64,000 bases of DNA from Auanema rhodensis. Taxonomy: Eukaryota; Animalia; Nematoda. Under the pieces are notes generated by a model. That model did not search any database. It was not told the origin of the DNA and saw only the letters and a program-made list of their open reading frames with translations. Numbering within the stretch: the first letter of the stretch is position 1; each line of letters begins with the position of its first letter. Positions 25,317 through 38,950 of this stretch are shown here, in pieces. A program made the position numbers and the translations under genes. The DNA lies in contig OZ059898.1 of assembly GCA_964057225.1 (NCBI GenBank), positions 4,588,001-4,652,000 of the forward strand, written 5' to 3'.

Positions 25317-27187
25317 ATGAATAGCCTGCAGCTTACAAAATGCTTGAAAGAATCTCAGTTTAATGATGAATCAACACGTTTATTAATAGCTCTCTGTACA
25401 ATAATATTTTCTTCAGTATCTACAGTTTTGAATATTATCCTATTTTTTTCTATTATTAAACATTGGGATATGTTCAAAAAACAGGTATTTATATACTTTT
25501 ATACACATATTTAACTTAATATATTAATTTGCCCCCTTCTTTGTGATATAGCTCCCTTTTCGTTATCATTATCCCTCAACTATTTTTAAAAATTAAATAA
25601 TAATAAAATATATGCACTATATTAATATATTTATCTTTTCAGCGATTCAGTTATTTTGTTATTTCCATGACCATATCGGGTTTTTTTTATTCAACTACAA
25701 ATCTTATTGTTTCTGGACCATGTATAATTTCCTCATACTGTTATATAACGTAATATTTTTAGAAGAAAATAAAAAAGTTTCCAAATATAGTAATAATACG
25801 TCTAAAAAAGACATTCAAGTAAATAGATCTTTAAATCAAACCACAAATCTAATGTTGATACATCAAAACATGTGTATTAGATCTCAATTAGATTTTATAT
25901 ATCTTTACAAAATTAAATATTATAGACTATTATTCTATTTTTATTATATATAAATATATATTTTTATAGAAATGACAATCTAATGATTATTTTAACTACA
26001 CCAAATACATTATCTCATTGGGGATATCTTATTACAGCATTTTCATTTTCATTATATCGATTCTCAATTTTTATTACCATTCGAAATAAAAATAATTCTA
26101 AAACTTTAGCTTTGGTAATATAAAAATTAATAAGAAATTATTTGAAATATTCTTTTTATTTTAGGCATATGTAATTATTCCATGGATAATAACTTTTGCA
26201 TTAACTTTTGGAACAATGTTTACTGGATGTTATAAACGTTTTAATAGTTATGCTCTTCAATATACTTATAATTGCTCAGACTGCAATATGTTTTGTAAGC
26301 ATTTCTTTTAATAAAAAGAAATTATAAATATTTAATTTTATAATTAAAAACAATTTAGAAATTAAATATTGTATAAAACGAAATTTTATTGAATTTATAT
26401 TCTTTTGTGTCAAAAATTTGGATGATGAATCATAGAAAACAAAAGTATTCAGAAAAATAATATTTAATTAATCATTTTACAGTTGGATTGACTACATTTC
26501 AAAGTGTTAATTTCTGGGGTGGACAGATTTTACCTCTAACTATGCTTTCACTTTATACAATTATTATTTTAAGAATTCAACAAAAACAACAAAGTCAAGC
26601 AAATAAACGAGAGTTAGGATTGGTTAGTTATATTTAATCTTTTTAATAATTAAATAAAAACAAAAAAAAATATTTTATTTGTATTATATGATATAATATT
26701 TTTTGTACAAAATTATAATAAAAAATAAAAAGTTCATGGAACTTACCTTAGAGCTTGTCTAGCAAACTGACAAAATTAGGATACTGTATATTAGAGCTTA
26801 ACTAAAAATATTTTTTGAACTTTTCTTATAAAATTCGTTTAATTCAATATCTTTGCATATTACTCTCATTACTGATTCTCGTATTTAATAATGAATATCT
26901 AATATATGGATATTCAATTTCTGTAACCTCAAATACATATATCCCAGCAGATAACATAGACAAAAAGATTTTATTTTGAAATATATGAGCATATACATTG
27001 TCTATAGAAATCAGATGATAGAAATGCTAATAAGAAGGCACAGTAGATTCTCAGATCAATCAGACTGAAAATTATCAAATTATTTTTATGCTTACTTAGT
27101 GACCATTCTTATTTTCATAGCTAATAAATTTATTTTATAATAATAAACATGACAAAACTAACATTTATAATAATAATAATATGAATA

Positions 27188-27229
<42 letters not shown>

Positions 27230-27771
27230 GAAAAATAATAATAATATTGTTATTATTATAATATTTGTTATTCGAAAATGAAAAGATAGTAGGCGTTGCA
27301 TCCTTCTGGAAAAAAAAATTAAAATATTAGTACTATTGATTACAATATAATAAATATATATTAAAGTTTTAATAATATAATTAACTTATTTATATAATTT
27401 TTATTTCAGACATTACAATATTTTGTTATTTGTATATTTCAATATTTGGCTTCTTTTTTATTTTATATTATACCAAAAGTAGGAGGTGGTTCAGTAATAT
27501 CAATAATTCTAATGAATTCCATAGGTATAATTATATAAATTTATTTTATTTTTATAATATTGATTTAGGCGTCTTTAATGTAGCTGTTAATCCAATTGTT
27601 CTTTTCTGTTTTAATAATCAAATAAAACATGCAATACTTAACATATTTGTTAAAACAAAAATTACATCTCTTAATAATCTGAGTACACATCCTGTTACAA
27701 GTATTCCTTTAAGAAATAATACAGTTCGTCCTACTCTTGTAGCAAGAGCAAAAATTAATTTCAATGAATAA
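25317..27771 (+). CDS. Nematode 7TM serpentine chemoreceptor (Srx/Srsx-like)
   Basis: Seven short exons give seven hydrophobic segments with LNIILF (TM1), SLYRF (TM3 end), IIPW, GCYKRFNSYALQYTYNC (ECL2), KRELGLTLQYFVIC (TM6) and VNPIVLFCFNNQIK (TM7/helix 8). Confidence 0.8.
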
Positions 27772-28015
27772 AATGAAATTTTTATATAGGAAAATAAATA
27801 ATTATATAATAATAATAATAATATATATAAATTGTTTTTTTTTCAAATTTTACTTTGTTATGTATAGTAAAATATGTGCCTTTATATATTAAATTTAAAA
27901 TATAATAGAATAAATATTGTTTTTTTCTCATTGCTGCTTCCTCTTTATTCCAAAAAAAAAAGATTTTTTTCTCAATTTTATAAAGAAAATATAAAACACA
28001 GATATTATTCGTCCC

Positions 28016-28046
<31 letters not shown>

Positions 28047-28242
28047 CTTGAGCAATAAATAAAATTTGATATAAAGAAAGAAAACGAATAATTTACTTGA
28101 GCCAAATGTCTCCTTCTCAGTCTGTCGTCTACTTGTCTATTCTGTTTCTGCTTCTAATTATTAATAAAATTCATGTATCGTTGACGTCCTCATCGATGTC
28201 GCCATCTTCTTGATCTAAGGTTCTCTAATTTTTCTACTTCAT

Positions 28243-28287
<45 letters not shown>

Positions 28288-29589
28288 CATTCCTTGTGTT
28301 TCCATCTATGTATCTGCCTTAAAGATAGGGTCATCTGGCTGGTTCTTAGGTTTAAAAACTAATTGATTCTTTGTACATATGACTAAAATACGAAGAAGTA
28401 ACACTAGCAGACGGTGGAAATAAAAACAAGTAGGACCAGAAGGCTATTTTCTATACGACAGACGGTATAAGGGTTAATCATTATATTAGTTACTTGAGCT
28501 TATACTATACAATATATATCATAATAAATATCTGAAAATTAAAATATACTAATGAAATTAATAAAAAAAAAAAAGAACTGAATTGAAAAACTGAAAATTT
28601 ATATAATATATTTATAAATAATACAATGTTCCCTCTGTTCTTTTTTTTTTGTAGTTGGTTGTTCAATCCTCATCTTTCTCACTCACTAAATACTTAATTA
28701 TAACCCTTATTCATCTAATACGCTGATCTTATATACAATTCTAATTATGGACAGGACCCAATGAAAATGAACAATACAAAGAAGTGAGTCAAGTTCTAGT
28801 GCAATACCCATGATTAGCATTTAATAAACCTTATAGAAGAATCACCGAAAGTTCATTAAGTTTACTTAGAATTGCTAATTATATATTGATATTTTGCTAA
28901 TCGTTTAAGGAGAGAGGCTTAATATTTTCTAACAATATCTAAGTTTATTCGGTTATTGGCAAATGCTCCTTGCGTAATTGAGCAAACGCAATTCAGCAGC
29001 TGACCCTCCAATATTCTGCTTTGTTTATTTGATTATATACAAAAATAACCTATATATTTATAAAATTATAAATTTTTATAACTTCTTATAAACTATAAAT
29101 TACGTAGATTGAATGAATATACATATATAAAATTCTTTGATTATATGTCATACCAAGCACACAAATCAAAGAAAATCCCTTACACCTTAGTTTCGTAAAA
29201 AAAAATAATATGAGAACTACTTCCTGCATGGAATAATAATTTTTTATTTCACTTGACAATAGTGGGCAAACATACATATATTCAAAAAAGATTGAGAAAG
29301 AACTGAGTTAATAGAGAAAAAATATGAAAAGCACTAGTAGTATAGAAATTAGAAGTGTACATATTACAATGATTGTTTGTTCGGTATGATGACGCTCGTG
29401 ATGATAATGATGAGGTTAAAGAGAAAAAAACAAAAAAAGCTTGTTAAGCTATTAATTGTCTATAATGATAAAGACTAGTCTAATAAACAAAATATTATAC
29501 ACATTATGCGTGTACTAATCCCGCTGTGGCCCTGAGCTTCAGAGTCTATAATTTAAAATAGTTAACGCAAAAAATAAAAAATACAAAAA

Positions 29590-29621
<32 letters not shown>

Positions 29622-30340
29622 TATATATATATTACTATTATTATTATCATTACTATTAATATTTACGATAATAAATTGGACAGATGCTCAGCATTGCTTG
29701 TTCAATATTAATGAATATTGGTAGTTTAAGCATTATGTGCGAGAATAAATAAGTGGTCAAAGAAGCTCCTCTTAAACCGAGACAAAAGATATCATAAAAA
29801 GAAAAATTGGCAATGATATCTCGATATCTTTATCTTTCGAGAGTACATTTAGCCTTAAATATAATACTTAAATATCAATAAAAAATACGTTACATTACAA
29901 AAGATCAAACGAATTAGCGCACACAACTAAGAGCACAATGGGTAACAATTATCAATATTAGTGTGATTGAAGTAGCACATAACAAGATCATAAGAACAAA
30001 GATTCACGCGATAAGGGTACGAACACCCAACGTTATGGAATAGAGCCAAACTTCAGAATACCAGCATTATTCATGGAGAACGTTGAGTTAGGATAAAGTG
30101 AAGATTCAGAAAAAAAAATAAACATAACTTGGTCAATTTGATTAATAAAACCCGTAAAGTTAGTTAAACAAAGTGTATAAGAAAAGACGATTTTGAGAGA
30201 AATCAAGAGAAAAAAGCACAAACTTCCACCTCAGATCATCAAGGAAATGTTGGGAGTTGAATTGTTGTAAAAAAAACAATGATAGAAAATCATCAACAAA
30301 CAACCTAATACAAATATAACAGATTTTCCAACATGCAAAT

Positions 30341-33178
30341 TCAAGCTCTGGAACTAATAGTCATGTCTTCGCCAGGTGTTTCATCTCTCTTTGTCATTTC
30401 ATTTTCATCATTAAAAGGAATTTCTCCTTCTGTAATACCACTCATATCATCAGCCATTCCTCCATTTTCAAACAGGCTTTTAAGGAACTTCAAATTCAAT
30501 TCTTTCACATTCACAATTTCTGGAGCTCCTATAAGAACATTAAATTAATTTATTTAAAAAAATTAAACAAAACCTGAATTATCATCCATGTCTCCAGATC
30601 CTACAGATTTTTCGTCTTTTAATTGAGTGGAGTTGTTAGATCCGTTAGAATTCTGACCGCCTAAGTTTCCGATCATCATATGTTGAGACAAAATATTTTG
30701 AGCCATGATATCAGCCATAAGATTTCCGCCAGGGAGATTGTTAAGCTGTTGACGTCCTAGATTAGATAGAGTTCCGGCTGGTAATCCCAATTCCATTTCT
30801 TTTTGTCGTTCGGAAATTCGAGAAACCAGTTTCATAGCCCATGTCAGTTTAAGCTTAACATGACCACCATGTTCTTCTAATAAGCCAGGAGCCTACAATC
30901 ATAAAAATAGCAAACAACAATTAAACAAAAAGACTTACCCTATCAAGAATATATTGCTTAGCAATAGAGAGTGCTTGAGAAGCTGTTAAATGTCCACTAG
31001 GATCAGCTTGTTTCACAGAAACCATATAATCTACTAAATCAGCATCCAACTCGTCTCCTATAAGTTTCGGCCGGCCTCGGCCTCTTCCTCTTAAAAATCC
31101 AGGTGATCCAGTAGAATGGGCAGCATTCATCTTCATCATTGCTGACATATCCATCATTCCAGTTGGGAACATGGGAGAAGATGGCACAGAATTAGTAGCA
31201 GTGCTATTTTGTCTTGCAGGATTAGGTTGTTGTTGACTTAATTGGGTGTTCTGTCCGTTATTAGAAACGGTCTAAAAAAATAATTGATATGGGTTTAATA
31301 TGAAAGCAAAACCTGAGATGGTTGAAGAACTGGCATAGCACTAATGTTGTCTCCATTTTCCTCTCCCTCTGATGATGGTCCTGGCGAAGTATTCGCAGTG
31401 CCTCCAATCGTCTGGCTGCTGTCTTTTCTCTGATAATAACTGGAAACAGGAGGTACAACACCAAACCTATAAAGCACCATATGAAACATATGTGCACCAC
31501 AAGTTTTATAACATACTTTTTGGCAGCAGCTAAGCCTCCGTGAACTTTTGCATAATCAGCTACTATACGCTTATCAGAACCAACTACTATTTTCCCTCCT
31601 CCATTCAAACCAGCATAATCTATATTGAAAATTTACAAAAAGATTTGAAATGAAACACTTACTTTGACCTATTTGTGATATAAATTGATGATTCTGCTGA
31701 GCCGGTACTTTTGAAGCTAATGTGGCTAATGAACTCAACTGCTCTGAGGTAGCTGTGGGAAAAAGTGCTTTTAGAACAGGTGTAGGATCATCCTAAAAAT
31801 ATTGTTTTTAACTATTAAACTATATTCTGTCATCTTACTAATGGTCTAGCCCCGCTAGCTTGGATGTGACGAATTGAGCAAACCTCGCACATACATGGTG
31901 CAACATGTAAAGCTTTCATAATACGTGACATCTACAAAATATTAAATGAATGCAAACTTTATAAAACAGTTTACGACTAGAAAATTTTTTTTATTATCAT
32001 ATCAATATATATAATACTATAACCTTGCATCATGTTTCATCTACCTCAAGGCCACAAGATTATTCCTTGCTTTGCTGAATTATTTTTGGCAAACATATAA
32101 AAATATTATTATTCGAAAAAAAAATGAATGAGATTATACTACAACTAACAAAGCTTCTAATAAAGTAATTTATGGCATTTGGAATATAAATGTCTTAATT
32201 AGTTTGTCCTCATTCTATCTGCCCTTGATACATTAGAAATTGGTTAACGTACAAAAATAAAATATTTCGTAACTGTACATATCCTTTGATGTGTGGCCTC
32301 GTGAACCTTATGATTATTTCAAATATCTATATGTACATATGCGAAACAACTGTTGTACAGTTACAAACGACAGCAGTCTAGTAGCTAGAAGAATACTAGG
32401 GTTTCATTTCAAATCAAGGTCATTTATATAAAATTTCTTTCTTACACTATCTTTATTAGAACTCCCAATGTTTTTTTATTCCTTATTCTTTTTTTGGAAA
32501 CACTAAATCAAAATCAAGAAAGATTAGATACGCTAGAATTTCAAATTCACTGAAAATTTAAAAAGAACTAACTTAATATTCAAATTATGGAAAAAAGATT
32601 ATAAATGACTGTATGTAATGTGTTAAAGACTTAACCTTTAACAGGTTGTCAGCTCAACAGATTTCCAAAAATGTCATTGAATCAGTTTTTTCCAATTATT
32701 CGACTTTGGACAAACAGCAAAGTGAGGACATACAGTATACAATCCCTCTTTCATCTATATTTCATTCGAATATTTACACTCGACTACTTCAAATACAAAA
32801 TAGAGGGCAAAGGAAAACGGACCATCGAAAGAAGGCTAAACGTAAACATCTCAACCGTTATAATAACACGGGATTAATAGCTATCACCTCCTATTGGTCA
32901 TTGATATCAAAACTCATTTCTAGGGTACATTTTTCTTTTAATCAAAACTTCCTTTGACAAGATCACGGAAGAAAACATAATAGTTGGCTATTTAAATATG
33001 AAAGCAAAAAATACCTGATGACTCATGAAGATAAGACCCTTCTGAAGCTCATGAATGTCTCGCTGTACGGAATCACTACTAGAATCTTCAATTTCCATTC
33101 TACTCGAATCATCACCCAAAACTAAAGGATTGTTATCTTCTTCCAGTTCCTGAAATACTAGGTTATGTTGTTTATACT

Positions 33179-33213
<35 letters not shown>

Positions 33214-33803
33214 TATATAATTTACTTTTCTAAGATTTTGATAAAATGAAATTATATATAGAATTTTATTGATTTTGCAGAGAAAGTTCATAATTTTAAT
33301 CTTAACAAAGCTGATAATGCATACATTTATGCCGGCACCCCCAATAAAATTGTAGGCACCTAAGTTATTCATGCCACATTTAGGGAAGGTCATGTGAATG
33401 GTAGGAATACACAAACATTTTTCAAAACTTCTTACAGAACTATTTCTCGAAAAAAAATTGTAAGAAATAATTCTTTGTTTCTCCATTTATGAGAGAATAT
33501 CGTCATTTTCATTTTGATATGACATAAGCATTTTAAGCTCACTGACCAATATGGTGAAACATTCGTGCTTTCATGCAGCTTTTTAAGCTTATTCGGATGT
33601 GCACTACCTGGTATCAGTAATAAAAATTTATTTTCCAAGAAGAATGAGAACAATTTCCAGAGATTATAGGTTCAGAGTATACCAAACGCGAAATCCAATA
33701 AACGAAGACTCTCATTTTCACATATAGGAACTCATAAAGCGAACAACATCCAAAATACGAAAGATATGTGCCTAGTTCCGAAAGATTATTATGCTATACA
33801 GAA

Positions 33804-33893
<90 letters not shown>

Positions 33894-33964
33894 ATATGTA
33901 TATATATACACAAAGTGAACGAATATGTATATATATATTATATTTCCCCTCATTTTTTCTTTCC

Positions 33965-34010
<46 letters not shown>

Positions 34011-34885
34011 CATATAATTTATATGGCGATCGATATATAAAAGGCGAACAACTTAGTGTATCGCAGCCCAGTCATAAATAAACAATGATTTTGCAATATT
34101 TGCGAGCGACTTAGAGCTGGGCGAAATAAAAAAAACATCATAATAAAGTCTTTCGCTCTCCTGCATCTACATTTAGTCACTGGGAATTTCAATTTAAAAT
34201 CTAATGATTAAAAAGCCTATTACTAAGCTAGACTACGTCTCTAAGAAAAAGAGAAGAGAAGATAGCAAAACAGTGGTGAGCAACAAGAGATGGTCGGTTG
34301 GAATCGCCATAAACTTTTTGTACTCTTGAATTACATCTACACATATACAGCAAATTTATTACTAATACTGAATTCTTTTATATTATAGAGCAGTAGAAAG
34401 GAAGAAAGTCAAACTGATAAATGGTAAATACAGAAAAACCATTTTTTAAAATGTTATAACTTCCTTCTTAATATTTAAACAGAATAGTCTAGATCGTAGT
34501 TTTTTTGTGAAATCGAATTATTATTTGGGGGGGGGGGGGGGGGAGAGGGAGAGAGAGAGATAGAGTGAGAGAGAATGAGAGAAAAATAGAGAGCAATGAT
34601 TCGCTAGCAATAATTTCGTGAAAAATTTCTTATCAGACAAAACAATAAGACTAGGAACATAAGAAAATTTTAATAAAAAATGAATGAAGTACTACCACTG
34701 ACCTCAGTATGATGATCATTGTCATCCCCATTCTGACTAGGAGTTCCTGATATACTTCTCTCAACACTGGAATGTCGATCCTCACTACAGACCATGCTAT
34801 CTGTTGAAATAATTCCATTTCCATTCATAAGCTGGTGGGGCGACGGCCTATGGCTCACAAGTTTTAATTCTTCTTCACCAAACAT
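30341..34885 (-). CDS. AT-hook plus tandem HTH (Brinker/psq-like and CENP-B-like) DNA-binding protein resembling a pogo-type transposase N-terminus
   Basis: In-frame exons from MFGEEELK (34885) to ...SSRA* (30341). Contains [45 protein letters not shown], and [42 protein letters not shown]. The true start may be further upstream (e.g. ATG at 35158). Confidence 0.8.
33809..34010. repeat. Compound (AT)n microsatellite (intronic)
   Basis: Two long TA tracts; these produce the spurious YIYIY ORFs in the track. Confidence 0.95.
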
Positions 34886-35399
34886 CTGAAATAAATCGTT
34901 TTCAATTTTTTCTCATGACCATTTTTTGTGCGAAAAGTGAAGATTTAGAATAAATTGCAACAGTTAAGATAACAATCTTTGGTTATAACATAAAAATCTT
35001 GATATTTCGTGATTCGAGAAAGTTCTTTTGACCGTCACTCATTAACAGTAACAATAAAGTCAGTTTAAACTGTTTTTTGAAAACATTTTACAGTTTGATT
35101 TGAATATTAAAGTTATTAATATTAAGAAGATATCAAATTCGGAGACATTAGATGCCATATGAGCAAAAATGAGGAAGTGGAGGAACAGAGAATATGAGTG
35201 AGATTGAGAAAGTGGAATAGAGGGAGAGTTAGAGAGGGAAAGAAGAGATGAAAAATGATAGAAGAAAATATATGCAATAGGAGAGGAGAGATGAATAGGA
35301 GATAGAGTGAGTGTGACAAGAGAGTTCGACCAAGGGATTGGATCGAGGGGGAGTGCAAATGGGCAAGGTTTGCGCGGCAAACGAACAACTGATTTGGAA

Positions 35400-35600
35400 A
35401 TGGTTGAAAGAGCGCGCCAAGTTTCGTATGTGGTAGATAGTCCAGCAATCACAGAAAACTAGAGAGACGCCAGCCGCGCATTTGACGTTTTCAGCAAAAG
35501 AGAAATAGTCGCTATGGCCCGAGTTTTCGGCAAAATAAAGGGTACTTGTATGTGTGTGCGTGTGGTAGGGTTGACGCGCGTTGCGACCGCCCCGCGCCAT
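35400..35600 (-). promoter_or_regulatory. CpG/GC-rich proximal regulatory island upstream of the AT-hook/HTH gene
   Basis: Cluster of CGCG motifs (gagcgcgcc, gccgcgca, gacgcgcg, cccgcgcc) in an otherwise AT-rich background, just 5' of a pyrimidine-rich leader on the minus strand. Confidence 0.4.
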
Positions 35601-38600
35601 CTTTTCTACAGCCTGAGGATTGAGGTTTTAATAATAATTCATAAAAAATTATAGTTAAGACGTCAGTGTGCCCCATAGTGTTCAAAATGTGGAAGGGGTG
35701 TTTCCGTTAACGCGGCAACAGAAGTCGGGTGGTCAAGAGTCCAATTGCGCTTAGAGAGCTTAACGTCCCAGTCATGTTCGGAATGACCCTATTGGTCTAC
35801 AAGGACAAGGAAGGAACCACGTTCCCTCTACTCTGGTCAAGTTTACCATTGATAAAATCAAAATTACAGATAAAGAGAGGGTAAAAAAAATAATATAGCT
35901 ACATCAATTCACAAATAATAGAATAGCTAGGGAAACGAAAATTAGTTAAACCAGTTTCATAATGAATGTACAAATCGGATAAGAATACGATGTGCTGAAA
36001 AATACACTGAACGCTAGGACAATGGTGAATTATAAGAAAATCTTCTGGAAAAATTCAAAAAATAATAAGAGTTAGTTTTTTTTATTTCAACTCAATGTCT
36101 TTGTGTATATAGAAACAGCAATAATAAATCCCCTGCGCATTGTAATTTAATCGAACTGCGTCCTTTTGATTAATAATGAAAACCAATTCACCACTATGTG
36201 ACATTGCACGAGTTACATTAACAATGAGAGAAAATGAAAAAAATCGAAGTCGAATATGAAAATTTAAAACAAGAAATTAAAGGGCAACTAAAAAGAACAG
36301 GAAGCGAGATTTTTAAGAGAACTAGGAGGACCTAAATTTGATAGAGAATTGCGCAGACATTCAATAAAGAAATGAAATAAAGTTGGTTACGAATATATTT
36401 TGTGCTTAAAGTCTAATACGCACACACTTCATGCATATATAATGAACTACGAGATCATTTTGAATTGGATAGTAAAATGACAACCTTCATTTTCTTATAT
36501 ATTATATTATAAGTATATATTTGTTCATTTATTTAAGCAGATTAAGTTTATGCAATATATAACTATATAATTATTGGAATTGAAGACGAATGTTCATTCT
36601 AAGGAAGAAATTCTTAAATCGAAGAAAAAAATATGACTGCCCAATACACAAGACTCCATCACAACTTGATTTAAGGAAATATTATGAATGATTTAAGGAG
36701 ATTCAAAAGAATGTGATGACAGCAGAGAGACAGGAGGCTGAAGAAGACTGAGCTCTGGTCAACAAAGAAAACACCAGATGGACGCGCTACGCTCACACTC
36801 TCTATCTTAAAATATGAAATTCATTCTATTGCTCTTGTCCTGCTCTCACAAATAAGCAGATGGCTTAAAATAACTGTAAACAAAAAGAGACAGATTAATA
36901 TTACCACAATTAAAATCAGTTTAAGTAAAGACTTGAAAAAACGTCGAACTAAAAATATTAAAAAAAAAGATAGGGAAATTGTGAAGGAAAAATAGAAATA
37001 TAAATAGTCTACGAAACAGGTTAAATAATACCTCACACAGGACTTCGCTACCAGCTAGACCTGCCAGTACTAAGATAAGAAATTTCAAATGGGCAAACAT
37101 TAATAAGGGAAGACACCACTTTGCCATATACGTTTTATACGATAACACAAACATTAAGATTGATTGAAAGACAAGCGGTGATCCTACAGTGGGAGTATGA
37201 GCATAGGAACAGTATAAGGATAAATTAATAATCTGAACAACGAACTTCAATATTGTCAGATACAAATCGCGATAGTCAAAGCAGCTTGACAGGAGAGCCA
37301 GGTCAATGACATGCGTGTGGTCAAAGAAGTGCAAACCCGATGAACGATGGCAGTCTGGCAAATTGCGGAAAGGCTAACACACTAATGAGATTTGACCACA
37401 ACCGTTAAAGAATGAAGATATCAAGTCCAAAATAAAAAGATCCAAGACTAAATTCCAGCTGTTGACTATACCAAATATAAAATAGAGCGGAGCAAGGCAA
37501 AATAAAATTTATTATGCCGCACACACACACGGCCTCCTCTTCTAAACGATATTGCCATCGATTTTAGCGAAATTGCGCTTTTTGTGAAAATAAATGAAAG
37601 CTAACAGAAAATAGCAAAAAAAAGGAAAATGACATCGGACTCTGAAAAACACAGACATTTTCGAACAAAAGATGTCTAATGTGTAATATGCTCCAATAGC
37701 CATCAGGCAATTGCTACACAAACAGTGATTTTGTTCACAAGCCAATTTTATCACAAGAATGAATGATTGTCTTATCAATTAAATGAAAGAAGCATATATA
37801 CTTTCTTTTAACATTAAGGATTGCAACACACTCGGCAAAAATGAACTTATTATGAATTATAGATGATGGAGGAGAAATCAAGGATAGTACTTAAAATCTA
37901 AACAGTGATTAAATTGAAAGACAAACAGACAAATAAAAAATCAGACAGCAAATTAAGTTAGAGGTGTTGATCTTTTTTTCCGGAAGGAAATATAAGTTGG
38001 CTAAAGTCCGTACCTCTTGGTTGAGGGCAATAATGCAAATAAAAGGTGGCCGTTGTGCCCTCGTCCCTTCCTTCACTCTCTCATTCTTTCTTATTATTTC
38101 TCTATATGTCCATTCTCTGCTATTCTGACTCACATTGATCAATATTCGGGTATTATATTATAAATACTAAGGGTCAACAGACAAAGGCCGAAGAAACCAT
38201 AGTTAAAATGGACGAATGGTCCGTTACTTCTGTTTAATAGATTACAATCCCATTTTCCTCATCAAAAGCATGAGTTACGTAACTTCGTATCAACATGAAC
38301 TGTGGTAGCTACGTATGAAACCTGTGTTGACAAAACTATGAAACTTGAATAGATATAAACAAGAACAGTTACATACAACTAATATCTGCTACATAGAGGA
38401 AATCAAAATTTGTTGAACTAATCTAAGTCATGATGGTTAGATGTTATACATTGAAAGTAAATACATTAAAAGAGGACATTAAAGATAATAAAGCAAATAA
38501 AAGGTACAGCGATCAAATGCAGCGAATCATAACGAATAATTATAGAATATTAAATGACTAAAGCAAGTAATTTAAAATCGAATAGAAAATGAGGGAGCGA

Positions 38601-38639
38601 TAAAGTCCAAAATGATTTAGAGTTTATTTTAAAAATTCT

Positions 38640-38730
38640 TATAATATACACATATATATATATATATATATGTATAATATAATATAATATATATAATATA
38701 ATATACGTATATAAATAATTAAATATCTCT

Positions 38731-38772
<42 letters not shown>

Positions 38773-38781
38773 TTAATCTCT

Positions 38782-38821
<40 letters not shown>

Positions 38822-38950
38822 ATATATATATATATATAATATATAATATACACATATATATATATATATATGTGTGTATATATAATATGTGTATATAATA
38901 TATATATATATATGAATCTATTTATGTATGTATATAGATGTATATATATA
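38640..38950. repeat. Long degenerate (AT)n low-complexity tract
   Basis: About 300 nt made almost entirely of TA/ATA repeats. Confidence 0.9.

Noticed and set aside
33768-34081. YIYIYI ORFs on both strands (also 8501-8737, 27782-28105)
   Set aside because: These are translations of (AT)n microsatellites.
36449-36470. GAGATCATTTTGAA, resembling bantam/miR-80 family
   Set aside because: No star arm or hairpin, and the first base is not U.
35060-37361. Minus-strand ORFs of 108-146 aa
   Set aside because: Low-complexity Leu/Phe/Ser translations of CT-rich non-coding DNA, overlapping in several frames with no motifs.
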